Of a stretch of 48,975 nt of DNA, positions 25,440-34,039 are shown piece by piece (within the stretch, counting starts at the first letter, position 1; every line of letters begins with the position of its first letter). The notes beneath the pieces are model-generated. The model saw nothing but the letters and a program-made list of their open reading frames with translations, was not told the DNA's origin and did no database searches. The position numbers and the translations under genes were made by a program. Source of the DNA: a virus (Duplodnaviria > Caudoviricetes); IMG/VR virus record IMGVR_UViG_3300043540_000102, positions 1 through 48,975 of that record, one strand, 5' to 3'.

Positions 25440-25680
25440 ATAGGTGGAAAAAGAGCCTTGGGGCCTGGTTTTTCCTATTTTGAGCATTTTTTCCCTTTTC
25501 TCCCCTCTCTACCTCCTCTGCTCTCTATCTCCGTTTTCCCATATTTATATACCCTAATTAGAAAACCAAGCCCCCAAGCCCGTCGTACAGTAAAAAGATC
25601 AAGCGGCTCTGTGGAGAGTGCCCCGGGGCTTGGTTTTCTAAAACCAAGCCCCCGACCAAGCCCTACCAAGCCCCGCGCGT
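25440..25680. other. Candidate replication origin
   Basis: Non-coding AT/pyrimidine-rich tract with repeated ACCAAGCCC and a 13-bp-arm inverted repeat (25625-25652), directly after the primase-helicase gene. Confidence 0.55.
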
Positions 25681-25684
25681 GGGG

Positions 25685-25713
25685 TTGACGGAAACGCCCC
25701 CGGGGGTTATTCT
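25685..25713 (+). promoter_or_regulatory. Sigma70-like promoter
   Basis: TTGACG-17 bp-TATTCT. Confidence 0.55.
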
Positions 25714-25769
25714 TGGGTGGCAGGACAATGACTCATTGTGGGTGGAGTTTTTCAGCTGTGGCGCGTTTT

Positions 25770-26021
25770 ATGCTCAATCGAGCCAAGTGGAAAGGCACGC
25801 TCTGGGACGCCTTCCGGGAGTGCGCCCGTCGCGGCCACGAGGTTCAGCGCAAGAAGCGCGCCAAGATGACCCCGAACCAACTGGCCGAGGCGAATGCGAA
25901 CCTAGCCGCCCGAGCCTTCCGCGCCGGGGCCACGACCAACGGCCAGCCGCTCCCGATCATTTTCATGCTGGACGACAAGGGAAAGTTCACCCCGGGGATA
26001 AAACGCAAGCCGCCTGAATAA
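25770..26021 (+). CDS. Small basic hypothetical protein
   Basis: ORF lies between two promoters; start codon uncertain. Confidence 0.4.
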   Translation: MLNRAKWKGTLWDAFRECARRGHEVQRKKRAKMTPNQLAEANANLAARAFRAGATTNGQPLPIIFMLDDKGKFTPGIKRKPPE

Positions 26022-26025
26022 TCTC

Positions 26026-26054
26026 TTGCCTACACGAGGCGATTCGGTTAAATG
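26026..26054 (+). promoter_or_regulatory. Sigma70-like promoter
   Basis: TTGCCT-17 bp-TAAATG. Confidence 0.5.
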
Positions 26055-26086
26055 TAATCGTTCCCTCGTATAGGACAGGAGATTGG

Positions 26087-26968
26087 ATGCCCCCGCTACA
26101 GCATGAGTTTGTCCCTGAGCAGCTAAAGCTCTTCACCCAATTCATCATCGAGCGTGAGAACGTGCGCCTGCTCCGGGAGACCGGGGCTCAACCGCCGTGG
26201 ACCAGCGACCCGATCCTCAGAGCCTTTCGCTTCACGAACATTCGCCGTGAGGACGACTACGTGACGCGGTGGTATGCGAACAACTGGCGCACGCCCCACG
26301 CCGACGACCCTGATGCTTGGTTCGCGTCCTACGTCTGCCGCGTCGTGAACGAACCCGCTACACTGGAGCGGCTCGGCTACCCTGTGCCATGGGATGAGAA
26401 ACGCTTCCTCGCCACTCTCGGGCAGCCTAATCCCGGCGGTGAGCCGCTCTATCGCGCCGCCTATATGATCCGCTCCACGTCCGAGTTCAAGGGTCAGAGC
26501 AAGGCGGCCTATCTCGCAGCGATGCAGTTGACCCCGGCATGGGAGAAGAGAAGCTGGGTGCGCCCGGTCTTGGGCGACAGCCTGCAGAGCTTCTACACGC
26601 GCCTGACCTCATTGTACGGCTTGGGGAGCTTCCTATCGGCGCAGATCGTGGCCGATGTCAAGTTCATTAGGCCATTGTGCGATGCCCCGGACTGGAAGAG
26701 CTTCGCCGCAAGCGGCCCGGGGAGCCGCCGGGGGTTGAACCTTCTCCGTGGGTTTCCCATGGACGCAGCGTGGTCCGAAGATGAGTGGCGCTTGTCCCTG
26801 AATCGCCTGATCGAGGCGGTGGCCCCAACCCTACTGGCCCAGAGCATCGACCTCTCGGCGCAGGACCTACAAAATTGCTTGTGCGAAGTGTCAAAATGGC
26901 TGAAGGCCCGCAACGGGACCGGACGCCCGAAACAGAAGTATATCCCCGCCCATGGAGGAGTGGCCTGA
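26087..26968 (+). CDS. 5-hmdU DNA kinase (aGPT-Pplase1/HMUDK helical family)
   Basis: ER...PWT-x-DPIL-x-x-FRFTNIRREDD, G-x-G-x-FL-x-x-QIVAD, GPGS-x-RGL and QNCLCE-x-x-K motifs. Confidence 0.88.
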   Translation: MPPLQHEFVPEQLKLFTQFIIERENVRLLRETGAQPPWTSDPILRAFRFTNIRREDDYVTRWYANNWRTPHADDPDAWFASYVCRVVNEPATLERLGYPVPWDEKRFLATLGQPNPGGEPLYRAAYMIRSTSEFKGQSKAAYLAAMQLTPAWEKRSWVRPVLGDSLQSFYTRLTSLYGLGSFLSAQIVADVKFIRPLCDAPDWKSFAASGPGSRRGLNLLRGFPMDAAWSEDEWRLSLNRLIEAVAPTLLAQSIDLSAQDLQNCLCEVSKWLKARNGTGRPKQKYIPAHGGVA

Positions 26969-27189
26969 TGAGCCGAATGGTCGTTTTCACGTGCGATGGT
27001 TGCGACGCCACCATCGAAGATCGCTCAGGCAAGACGCCTGTGTCCTGGTTCAAGGCTTCTGTGGTGGTGGCGTCAACCACTGAACCCAACGCGGGGTGGG
27101 AAGTGTCCTTTGACCTCTGCGACGCCTGCGCCCGGAGGATTGACCCGCGCTCGTGGGTTCGGGCCCCCAACAAGAAGGGAGCCGAGTGA
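26968..27189 (+). CDS. Small Zn-finger protein
   Basis: CDGC...DLCDAC; TGATG coupling to the upstream gene. Confidence 0.6.
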   Translation: MSRMVVFTCDGCDATIEDRSGKTPVSWFKASVVVASTTEPNAGWEVSFDLCDACARRIDPRSWVRAPNKKGAE

Positions 27190-27190
27190 C

Positions 27191-27400
27191 ATGGCCTGGT
27201 CCAGGCAGGGCAGCACCCGCCACACGCTAATTGCGCTCTTTGTTCGTGAATCAGCTAAGGCTATATTCGTCACGGATACAGGCGACGAATCGGATGGGGT
27301 TTGGCTTCCCAAGAGCCAGATCAGCTACGATTACGTCAACGAGGACGAAGTGAGAATTGACGCGCCTGAGTGGCTGCTGATGGAAAAGGGGCTGATCTGA
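27191..27400 (+). CDS. Conserved small phage protein
   Basis: KA-x-x-V...WLPKSQI...PEWL-x-x-EKGL motif. Confidence 0.7.
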   Translation: MAWSRQGSTRHTLIALFVRESAKAIFVTDTGDESDGVWLPKSQISYDYVNEDEVRIDAPEWLLMEKGLI

Positions 27401-27648
27401 TGGCTGAACAAAACACTCTCGATGGCGGCAATCTCAGGGCCTTCGTGGAGCGCATCGAGCACCTCGGGGCGGAGACCAAGGCCCTGTTGGACGATATCAA
27501 GGACATTTATATCGAGGCCAAGGGCAAGGGCTATGACGCCAAGATCATCCGCAAGGTGATCGCCTACCGCAGGATGGACAAGGCCAAGCGCCGCGAGGAA
27601 GAAGAGCTGCTTGACCTGTATCTCGCGAGCCTTGAGGAGAAGGGCTGA
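27400..27648 (+). CDS. gapR: DUF2312/UPF0335 (GapR-like) DNA-binding protein
   Basis: LRAFVERIE-x-L...DIKDIY-x-EAKG-x-GYD-x-K-x-IR-x-VI...LDLY. Confidence 0.9.
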   Translation: MAEQNTLDGGNLRAFVERIEHLGAETKALLDDIKDIYIEAKGKGYDAKIIRKVIAYRRMDKAKRREEEELLDLYLASLEEKG

Positions 27649-29181
27649 GTGACGGACGTAAACTACGCGGGCGATTTCGCCCCGAGCATCCACCAGCAGA
27701 TGATGGCGCGGCGCATGTGTGCCTCGCCGATCCATGCCCTCACCGCCGAGATGGGCTGCGGGAAGTCGCGGCCCCTCCTGCGCGCGTGGCTCTGGCGCGA
27801 CGCCAATCAGCAGCTGGCGACCGGGGAGAACGTGGACCTTGTCCTGCTCGCCCCCAAAGGCTGCTATTTGAACTGGCTGACGATGCCAACAAAGCTCGCC
27901 ATCGAGCCCGAGCTGGGGGAGCTTGAACGGTGGCTCACACACGATGAATTCCGCTCCACCGAGTGGTGTTGGTGGGGGCCGACCTCGAAGGGCCACCAAC
28001 AGAAGCTCGATGCCCTCCTGAGGGTGACGCAGCGGCGGCGGTTCCTCACAATGAACATCGAGGCTCTCAATCGCCCGGGGAAGGCCCGCGACTATCTGTT
28101 GGCATTCATGAAGGACCGGCACGTGTTCGTGGCGGTGGACGAGAGCACGTGCATCATGCATCACGACTCGGGGCGCACCAAGTGGGTGCTGGAGGAGGTC
28201 AAGCCTCGCGCCGACTACCGGGTGATCATGTCTGGTCTGATCTCGCCCGAGAGCCCGGAGAACCTGTTTAGCCAATACAAGTTCCTTGACAGCCGCATCC
28301 TCGGCGAGCACTACATCAATTTCCGCGCCAAGTACGCAATCACCCGGAAAATCAACTTCACACCAGCCGCCCAGCGCACGAAGGAGAAGCCCGGGCGGGC
28401 GGCGACCGTGATTGTAGGGTGGCGCGACGGGGTGCTTGAAGAGCTTCGGGAGAAGACAGCGCCCTACACATCGCGGGTACTGCTGGAGGACGTGGCCGAT
28501 ATCCCACGCTCGTACAGTTACTACGATGTGGGCCTGACCGATCAACAGGCAGACCTGTACGAGCGGCTCAAGAAGCAGGCGACAGCGGCTCTGGACGCGA
28601 TGACCCGCGTCACGGCGACCAACGCCGCGCATCAGCTCGCCCTGCTTCACCACATCATCTGCGGACACGTCAAGGCGGAGGACGGGACGATTCACGACGT
28701 ACCGTCCAATCGCATTGACAGCCTGATGGAGGTTATTGGCGACCAGAGCGGCAAGGCGATCATCTTCGCCCCCTACCCGCGAGCGCTGGAGAAGATCACC
28801 GACGCGATCCGCACCGCCTACGGCGAGGCAAGCTGCGTGACCTATTGGGGCGCGACCTCGGACCGGGAGCGCGGCGAGGCCCGGACCCGCATCCAGAAGG
28901 ACCCTGACACGCGGTTCATCGTCTCCAACCAGAGCGTCGGGGGCAAGGGCGGCACGTGGACGGCGGCGCGGCTGGTGTTGTTCTTCGCCAACAGCTGGGA
29001 TCAGGAAGACAGGCAACAGTCAGAGTTTCGTGCGCGGAGGCTCGGGCAGACCGGGCACGTCCACTTCGTGGACTTTCGGGCGCGGAACACCGTGGAGGAA
29101 CGCCTGATTTCGGTGCTCAAGGCCAAAAGGTCCATGAGCGCCGAGCTGGCAGGGGATAGGTGGAGGGCCTGGTTGGAATGA
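27649..29181 (+). CDS. SNF2-like SF2 helicase
   Basis: EMGCGKS, VDEST, MSG and QSE-x-RA-x-R-x-GQ motifs. Confidence 0.9.
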   Translation: MTDVNYAGDFAPSIHQQMMARRMCASPIHALTAEMGCGKSRPLLRAWLWRDANQQLATGENVDLVLLAPKGCYLNWLTMPTKLAIEPELGELERWLTHDEFRSTEWCWWGPTSKGHQQKLDALLRVTQRRRFLTMNIEALNRPGKARDYLLAFMKDRHVFVAVDESTCIMHHDSGRTKWVLEEVKPRADYRVIMSGLISPESPENLFSQYKFLDSRILGEHYINFRAKYAITRKINFTPAAQRTKEKPGRAATVIVGWRDGVLEELREKTAPYTSRVLLEDVADIPRSYSYYDVGLTDQQADLYERLKKQATAALDAMTRVTATNAAHQLALLHHIICGHVKAEDGTIHDVPSNRIDSLMEVIGDQSGKAIIFAPYPRALEKITDAIRTAYGEASCVTYWGATSDRERGEARTRIQKDPDTRFIVSNQSVGGKGGTWTAARLVLFFANSWDQEDRQQSEFRARRLGQTGHVHFVDFRARNTVEERLISVLKAKRSMSAELAGDRWRAWLE

Positions 29182-29663
29182 GCGCTAACAATCCAGGTAT
29201 CTGGAAGCTCCCGGGGGCGACCGATCTGCTCAAAAAGCTGATCGCCGAGGGGGCGACATACCAGAAAATCTCTGAGGTCCTCGCCGAGCGGTTCAAGCTC
29301 CCGGTCTCACGCAACGCTGTCATTGGCTATTCGGCGCGCAATAGGCTCAAGCTGCTCTGCGACCCGATGCCGCCGACTGTTGCGAAGGTCCTCAAGCCTG
29401 GGGTCGTGCCCCCGGAGCCGGAGAAGATCGAGCCCCCACCGGCCATCCCGGGGGTTGCGTTCGATGATCTGCCCTATAACGGTTGTCGCTGGGAGATATC
29501 CGGCTTTCGCGTCAAGGCCCGGGACATGATGTTCTGCGGGGAGCCGAAGGTGCCGGGTCGGCCCTATTGCCCCTATCACGTCGGCAAGGCATATACGGCC
29601 CCCAACCCACGAGCTGTGGGGAGACAACGGACTTGGGTTGTGCCTAAGAAAAAAGTTATGTGA
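29178..29663 (+). CDS. gcrA: GcrA-like transcription regulator
   Basis: N-terminal HTH 'SRNAVIG' and C-terminal CRW...FCG...PYC-x-x-H-x-x-x-AY. Confidence 0.88.
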   Translation: MSANNPGIWKLPGATDLLKKLIAEGATYQKISEVLAERFKLPVSRNAVIGYSARNRLKLLCDPMPPTVAKVLKPGVVPPEPEKIEPPPAIPGVAFDDLPYNGCRWEISGFRVKARDMMFCGEPKVPGRPYCPYHVGKAYTAPNPRAVGRQRTWVVPKKKVM

Positions 29664-29678
29664 GTTGTAACTTTTCTC

Positions 29679-29707
29679 TTGCCTTCTGATTTTGATTCAA
29701 TTAGAAC
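29679..29707 (+). promoter_or_regulatory. Sigma70-like promoter
   Basis: TTGCCT-17 bp-TAGAAC. Confidence 0.55.
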
Positions 29708-29758
29708 TGCCCTCGTGGTTAGGAAATAAGTCCACTACAATGCAAAAGGACGGCAGTC

Positions 29759-30850
29759 ATGAAAATCGGAAAGAACCTCCAGCAGCTCGCGGCCGAAGTC
29801 TATCGTCAAGCCGAGTCCAAGCGCGACTTCATTGCCCCCACCAACGTCATGGAAATGAACGAGGGTCTGGGCCTGGGTTTCGCCAATCAGGATTTCGGCA
29901 TCAACGACCTCGCCCACAAGCAGATCGCCGAATTCACCGGCGTCCCGGGCCGCTACTACGATGTGATGCGCGCCGAGCAGCCTGAGCTTCTTCGCCAGAA
30001 CGTCAACACTTGGTTCAAGGCGAAGCCCGCGCAGCGCCTTGTCCGCACTCTCGACGGGAACGCTCGCGCCTTCCTTTCGAACAGCTACCGTCCGCTGGAC
30101 AATCTCGACCTCGCCGAGGCGGTCCTGCCGGTTCTGGAGGAGATGAACCTTCAGATCGTTTCGGCTGATATTACCGAGCGTCGCCTTTACATCAAGGCGG
30201 TTGACCGGCGCATCGAGCGCGACGTTCCGAAGGGCCACGCCATCGGCGACGGCTCGCACGTTTTCTTCGATACGCTTTCCCCGGCGATTTCCATTTACAA
30301 CTCGGAAGTCGGCTATGGGGCGCTCGGGGTGGACGCGGGGACGATCACCAAGATGTGCACCAACCTGATGTGGATTCCGGCGAAGGGCATGCGCAAGTAT
30401 CACGTCGGCGCTAAGATGGACCTCGGCGGCGAAGAGATTTACCGCATGCTGTCCGACTCCACCCGCAAGGCCACCGATAAGGCGGTGTTCATGCAAATCC
30501 GCGATGTCGTCAAGAACGCCTTCGATGAGGCGAAATTCGATGCCCTCGTGGAAGAGATCAAGGGCACGTCCGAACGCCAGATCACCGGCGACGTTGTGGA
30601 AGTTGTCAACTCCGTGGCCGAACGCTACCTGATGACCTCGACCACCCGCCAGTCGGTGCTCAAGCACCTGATCGAGGGCGGCAGCCTGACGCAGTACGGG
30701 CTGGCCAACGCAGTCACCCGGGCAGCAGAGGACGAAGCGGCCTATGACGATGCCTCCAATTTCGAGAAGGTCGGCGGTAGCATCATGGTCCTGAATAATC
30801 AGGAATGGAAGGCCCTCGGAGCTGGCGAAAAGGTCAAGAAGGCGGCCTGA
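29759..30850 (+). CDS. DUF932/DUF945-like protein
   Basis: RAFLS-x-x-YR-x-LDN, NSEVG-x-G, C-x-N and YGL-x-NAVT motifs. Confidence 0.75.
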   Translation: MKIGKNLQQLAAEVYRQAESKRDFIAPTNVMEMNEGLGLGFANQDFGINDLAHKQIAEFTGVPGRYYDVMRAEQPELLRQNVNTWFKAKPAQRLVRTLDGNARAFLSNSYRPLDNLDLAEAVLPVLEEMNLQIVSADITERRLYIKAVDRRIERDVPKGHAIGDGSHVFFDTLSPAISIYNSEVGYGALGVDAGTITKMCTNLMWIPAKGMRKYHVGAKMDLGGEEIYRMLSDSTRKATDKAVFMQIRDVVKNAFDEAKFDALVEEIKGTSERQITGDVVEVVNSVAERYLMTSTTRQSVLKHLIEGGSLTQYGLANAVTRAAEDEAAYDDASNFEKVGGSIMVLNNQEWKALGAGEKVKKAA

Positions 30851-30878
30851 AGCCAATCACCCCCGACGTAAAGAAATG

Positions 30879-30909
30879 AAGGCCCGGGTCACTCCGGGCC
30901 TTTTCTTTT
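30879..30909 (+). terminator. Intrinsic terminator
   Basis: AAGGCCCGG/CCGGGCCTT stem followed by a T tract. Confidence 0.75.
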
Positions 30910-30956
30910 GTTTGTCCCAGGGTTATAAGGGAGGTCAATGTTGAATTGATGGAGTA

Positions 30957-31343
30957 TTGGAAATGAACACCGGAGCAACCACCAAAAAGCGAGGCCCGGC
31001 CACAATGGCCAGTGAAGAGGCTCGCCGTCGCATCGCGATCCGCTGGGCACGCCCCGGCGCGCGTGAAGAGCAGTCGATTGCGGTCAAGGCCCGTCTCGCG
31101 GCCAAAGCCGAAGCCGAGGCCAAGGCAGAGCGCGCTGCCAAGCGTCTCGCCAAGAAGCTGGAGAGAGAGCAGGCCGCAAAAAAGTCGGAACCGAAGGCCA
31201 AGCGGATCAAGCCCCCAAAGGCTGTGAAGCCCGCCAAGGCCATTCCGTCGTTCAAGCTCGCCGGCAAGATCGCCGACAAGGTCAAGGCCAACCGGAAGGT
31301 CGCCCGGGAGAACGCCCGGAAGTCGCGCGCCGCAGCGGAGTGA
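30957..31343 (+). CDS. Lys/Ala-rich basic (histone-like) protein
   Basis: Amino acid composition; GGAG RBS (ATG at 30963 is the likely start). Confidence 0.6.
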   Translation: MEMNTGATTKKRGPATMASEEARRRIAIRWARPGAREEQSIAVKARLAAKAEAEAKAERAAKRLAKKLEREQAAKKSEPKAKRIKPPKAVKPAKAIPSFKLAGKIADKVKANRKVARENARKSRAAAE

Positions 31344-31939
31344 CAGAGGGCACCTACGGCGTCATTTATGCAGACCCACCGTGGGACTACGTGACGTATA
31401 GCGCGAAGGGCAGTGGGCGGTCACCGAGCGCGCACTACGACACGATGAGGCCGGAGGAGCTTGCAGCTCTCCCGGTCTCCTCGCTCGCAGCAAAGAACTG
31501 CGTACTCATGATGTGGACGACGGACACTCATCTTGAACAGGCGCTCGCCTTGATCAAGGCTTGGGGCTTCATCTACAAGACCGTGGGCTTTTACTGGGTC
31601 AAGCTGAACAAGTCGGGTGAAGGCTACTTCCTTGGCCTTGGTCATTGGACCCGATCCAACCCTGAGATGTGCCTCCTGGCGACCCGGGGGAAACCGAAAC
31701 GCAATAGTGCGTCCGTGAGAAAGCTCTTGGTCTCCTCCCTCCAGGAGCATTCCCGGAAGCCTGATGAGGCCCGCCGCCGGATTGAAATGCTGGTTGGCGG
31801 GCCTTACTGCGAGCTGTTTGCACGCGAGGCTGCCCCGGGGTGGAGCGTGGCCTATAGCAATCAGGCTGGCCTCTTCGACAACGGCCCGGTCCGCACCCGC
31901 CGCCGACCCTACCGGGGGCTGAAGTATGAGGAAAGTTGA
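31340..31939 (+). CDS. MT-A70 family adenine methyltransferase
   Basis: IYADPPW, HYDTM, WGF-x-YKT, HSRKP and ELFAR motifs. Confidence 0.92.
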   Translation: MTEGTYGVIYADPPWDYVTYSAKGSGRSPSAHYDTMRPEELAALPVSSLAAKNCVLMMWTTDTHLEQALALIKAWGFIYKTVGFYWVKLNKSGEGYFLGLGHWTRSNPEMCLLATRGKPKRNSASVRKLLVSSLQEHSRKPDEARRRIEMLVGGPYCELFAREAAPGWSVAYSNQAGLFDNGPVRTRRRPYRGLKYEES

Positions 31940-32381
31940 CGGTGGGCTGCGGACCTTGTTTCGCGAGCGGCTCCAACCAGCCCAATGGACCTCCATCGAA
32001 ACCACGACTGTCCCCGGTGTCCCCGATTCTGAATACTGCTTCCCGAACGGGGCTCAAGGGTGGTTGGAGTTTAAGGCGACCTCTTCATGGGCGGTGAAGT
32101 TTCAGCCGTTCCAGCCTGCGTGGATCGACCGGCGGGCACGCTACGGCGGTCTGGTATTCGTTGCGATTCGCCGTCGCCCGACCTCGAAGCGTGAGGCGGG
32201 GCGCGATGAATTGTGGTTGATCCCCGGGGGGCGGGCTCTCGCGCTGGATGGCTTCGGGATCAAGGGTGTTGCGGAGCCCACCTTGGATTGTTATGGCTCG
32301 AATGGTCCCGCGAGCTGGGATTGGCCTCGCGTAAGGTCCGTGCTTTGTTATCAGAGTCGCCATAAAACCCCGTCTCTTTAG
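31926..32381 (+). CDS. PD-(D/E)xK nuclease (VRR-NUC/resolvase-like); 3' end supplied by the IS
   Basis: GVPD...WLEFK...Q-x-x-W motifs; the last 9 codons lie inside the IS left end. Confidence 0.7.
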   Translation: MRKVDGGLRTLFRERLQPAQWTSIETTTVPGVPDSEYCFPNGAQGWLEFKATSSWAVKFQPFQPAWIDRRARYGGLVFVAIRRRPTSKREAGRDELWLIPGGRALALDGFGIKGVAEPTLDCYGSNGPASWDWPRVRSVLCYQSRHKTPSL

Positions 32382-33645
32382 GGCGGGGATATAAGGCGTC
32401 TTTCTTCTTGCTTTTAGGCAAAAACAGGTTATGTCTAAGAAATGTTCAATGCAACGCGCATCCGTCTCTATCCTACTGAACTGCAGGCGCAAAGCCTTGC
32501 GATTCAGTTTGGCTGTGCGCGGTGGGCTTGGAACAACGCGCTGGCTCTTTGCCAGGAGACCTATCGGGCGACTGGCAAGGGCCTGAATTATCGCGCGCTG
32601 ACCATTCGGCTTCCAAAACTCAAACAGGAGTTTGAGTGGCTCAAGGCGGCGGACTCGCAGGCGCTGCAACAGTCGTTGCAGAATCTCGCCCGCGCCTATG
32701 AGAATTTCTTCGCCAAGCGCGGAAAATATCCACGCTTTAAGTCGAAACATGGACGCCAGTCGTATCAATATCCGCAGCGCGTGAAGATCGACGGCACGAA
32801 AATTTACCTGCCGAAAATTGGCTGGGTGCGCTGCGTTGTACACCGGGAGATTGTCGGGGCCTTCAAGACTGTCGCGATTTCACGCAACGCTTGCGGCCAG
32901 TTCTATGCCACCGTGCTGACTGAGGATGGCTCCGAACTCCCCGAGGTTTCGACCGACGGCAAGGCCATCGGCATCGATGTCGGCTTGACGCATCTGGCCG
33001 TCACTTCGGATGGCGCGAAATTCTCTAATCCGCGCCACCTGAACAAGGCGACGAAGAATCTCAAGCGCAAGCAGCAATCGCTATCGCGCAAAGTGAAAGG
33101 CTCGAACAGCCGGGACAAGGCCCGGCAACTGGTAGCGAGGGCACATGAGCGCGTTGCTTGCGCCCGTAAGGACTATTTGCACAAGCTGTCTCGACGGATC
33201 GTTAACGAGAACCAAGTGATCGCCGTCGAAACGCTCAACGTGAAGGGTATGATGAAGCTGCCGACTCTGGCTCGTGCCATATCGGACACGGGCTGGGGCA
33301 TGTTGGTAAACTTCGTCAAGTATAAGTCGGCGCGCGCCGGCAAGGCGTTCGTCAAGGTTGATCGCTGGTATCCGTCGAGCAAGTCTTGCTCGACGTGTGG
33401 TGCGGTCGCCGACGCCGTGCCGCTCGATGTTCGGTCGTGGAGTTGCGCCCATTGCGGCACGCATCACGATCGTGACGTGAATGCGGCGATAAATATCCGC
33501 GGCGAAGGTCTCCGGATATTGGCGGGTGGGCTGCCCGCTGCTGCTGGTGGAGGCAATGTCAGACACGGCGTGAGGCGTAATCCTCGTGTTCGTGCAGTTG
33601 CCATTGAAGCCAGAAGCCTCGCCCTTCAGGGCGAGGAGTAGTCAC
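32352..33645 (+). mobile_element. IS200/IS605-family element, TnpB only (IS1341-like)
   Basis: TTAT target immediately 5' of the element; left-end AAAA guide plus CCCCG..CGGGG hairpin; right-end GAAG guide plus CCTCGCCC..GGGCGAGG hairpin; TCAC terminus. Confidence 0.9.
32442..33641 (+). CDS. tnpB: RNA-guided endonuclease TnpB
   Basis: N-terminal HTH (RLYPT...FGCAR), RuvC motifs GIDVG, AVE-x-L and DRD-x-NAA, and a CxxC..CxxC Zn finger. Confidence 0.95.
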   Translation: MFNATRIRLYPTELQAQSLAIQFGCARWAWNNALALCQETYRATGKGLNYRALTIRLPKLKQEFEWLKAADSQALQQSLQNLARAYENFFAKRGKYPRFKSKHGRQSYQYPQRVKIDGTKIYLPKIGWVRCVVHREIVGAFKTVAISRNACGQFYATVLTEDGSELPEVSTDGKAIGIDVGLTHLAVTSDGAKFSNPRHLNKATKNLKRKQQSLSRKVKGSNSRDKARQLVARAHERVACARKDYLHKLSRRIVNENQVIAVETLNVKGMMKLPTLARAISDTGWGMLVNFVKYKSARAGKAFVKVDRWYPSSKSCSTCGAVADAVPLDVRSWSCAHCGTHHDRDVNAAINIRGEGLRILAGGLPAAAGGGNVRHGVRRNPRVRAVAIEARSLALQGEE

Positions 33646-33730
33646 CCTCGCTCAAACGGAACCCCTTCAATGGCTACATCGAATGTTCAAAAAGAAGGCT
33701 CCCGCCGTCCCCTAAATCTGGGAGCGCGCC

Positions 33731-34039
33731 ATGGCTGGCGATGACGACGACGATGACCTGTACGTTGACTTGGGGCTCGAAGATGACGCCTCACCGCTCG
33801 AATTCCTCATGGCGGTGTATCGGTCCAACATTGTCCCCATCAATCTCCGTGTGGACGCGGCCAAGAACGCCGCAATGTACGTCCATCCCAAGCTGATCGC
33901 GGTCGCAGCGGTCAAGACGGGGCAGGAAAAACTCATGCTCTCCGGCGGTCTCCCCAATCTCCCCGGGGCCAATGTCGTCATGCCCAAGGCCAAGGTTCAG
34001 ATTGAGGGCGAGGTCGCCAAGAAAGACCATGACAAATGA
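33731..34039 (+). CDS. terS: Terminase small subunit
   Basis: PLEFL-x-x-V...R-x-DAAK-x-AA-x-YVHPKL; ATGA overlap with terL. Confidence 0.75.
   Translation: MAGDDDDDDLYVDLGLEDDASPLEFLMAVYRSNIVPINLRVDAAKNAAMYVHPKLIAVAAVKTGQEKLMLSGGLPNLPGANVVMPKAKVQIEGEVAKKDHDK

Noticed and set aside
32352-33645. IStron or domesticated (nuclease-dead) TldR
   Set aside because: There is no room for a group I intron between the left end and tnpB (about 90 bp), and the RuvC D-E-D triad is intact.
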